Assembly: GCA_976551045.1 (NCBI GenBank)
Contig: CDPCPM010000063.1
Coordinates: 21,080,001-21,144,000 of the forward strand
Length of the DNA stretch: 64,000 bases
Source of the DNA: Glaucostegus cemiculus
Taxonomy: Eukaryota
Direction of reading: 5' to 3'
Position numbers and translations under genes: made by a program. Within the stretch, counting starts at the first letter, position 1; each line of letters begins with the position of its first letter. Below the pieces are notes generated by a model. It had not been told where the DNA came from and made no database searches. It was given only the letters and a program-made list of their open reading frames with translations. Of this stretch, positions 62,759 to 64,000 are shown piece by piece.

Positions 62759-64000
62759 CTTCCGAATGCCTGCTGCATCTGAATGTTAGCTTTCAGTGAT
62801 TTATGTACTGGAACACCCAGATTCCTTTGGACATCAACATTTCTCTATCTTTCACATTTAAAAACAGCTCAGCATTTCCTGAGCTTTTCTAATGAAGAGG
62901 ATAACCTCACTTTTTTCCACACTGTACTCCATCTGCCATATTAATGCCCACTCACTCCACTGTCCATAGCAGCCTTCCCACTTAGGTTCATATCATCCTT
63001 GCTGTGCCTACTAGTCACTGCATGCCAACTTGAGAAGGACTCTTTGTTTCCTCTTTGTAATCTAAGCCCCCCAGTTTCATGTTTCCTATGAGGGACCTTA
63101 TCAAAGGTCTGCTGAAAATCCAGACATACTCTATCCACCGATTTCCTCTCTACTCTACTAGTTAATCCTCAAAGAACTCCAATCGAGGTCAAACATATTT
63201 CTCTTTCATACATCAATTACATCATTATACTGTAATTAAATTTGTCGTGGATTCCATCTCTCGTTATAGTTTCCAGTACTTTCCCAACTATCAACGTCAA
63301 ACTAACAGATCAAAGATTCCCTGTTTTTTTACTCCATCCATTTTTTTAAATTGTGGGGTCAAAGTTCCTACACTTGAATCTGTAGGAAGCACTGCAAAAT
63401 CTATAGAACTTTGGAAGATGATAATCAGAACATCCACAATTCCCCAAAGCCAGCTCTTTCAGAAAGGGGTACAGATCAGGATCAATGTTCATGCTCATAA
63501 ACTTCTCCAGTTGTATATTTTTTTACTTATGCTAATTTCATTTACTTCCTCATGTACACTGACTCTTAGTTCTCTGGTATTTCTTCAGCCTTATGATTTT
63601 TTTTCTTTGAAGGCAGATGTGAGATAATTGTTTAATTCCTCTACCATTTTTTTATTCTTCATTATAAATTCTCCCATTTCTCCCATTATAAAATCTCGCA
63701 TTTATCCTTTTTTAATTTTAATATATTTACAGAATTATTTTTATGTTCCTCACCTATTCCTCTCATATTCTATGCTCCCCTTCTTTATCAATTTCTTGGT
63801 CATTCTTTGTTGGATTCTAATATGCTTCCAATCTTCAGGCACTCTGCTTTTCCTCCAAATTTTATAAGCTTTTTCCTTTGATTTTATACTATTTTTAATT
63901 TCCTTTATAATCTGCGGTTGGACCACTTTTCCTTTTATTCCTTTGTCCCTTAAAGGAATGTATATAAATTTCCCCTCAAGCCCTCATAGTTTGCTTTGCT

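Larger units (their letters stand above)
61260..64000 (-). mobile_element. Old CR1, interrupted by a Rex fragment and a solo LTR
   Basis: Minus strand CLDFQQTFDKVPH near 63100; CR1-like 3' end near 61260. Confidence 0.7.

Overview
This is eukaryotic (vertebrate) DNA, most likely a cartilaginous fish (shark or ray), inferred from V-SINEs of the HE1 type, dominant CR1 LINEs and short Penelope-like hairpin elements. It is mostly intronic or intergenic and very rich in transposable elements. It contains one near full-length CR1 with a target-site duplication (TSD), many decayed CR1 pieces, five copies of a young Rex1/Babar LINE, RTE and L1 fragments, V-SINEs with two different LINE-derived tails, a Tigger-like MITE and a Gypsy-type solo LTR. 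Penelope-like hairpins carry decayed minimal hammerhead-ribozyme cores. A cluster of PIF/Harbinger relics includes HARBI1-like transposase pieces and several spliced Myb/SANT accessory pseudogenes. Two long degenerate minisatellites are present, a 20-bp family and a 22-bp AGCT-rich, purine-skewed family; each is stop-free on one strand and each has an inverted block. The non-repetitive AT-rich islands contain a phase-compatible chain of small exon candidates on the minus strand (6-90 nt) that may belong to an unidentified host gene. I recognise no intact gene with a known symbol. All alignments and translations were done by eye, and boundaries of old elements are approximate.
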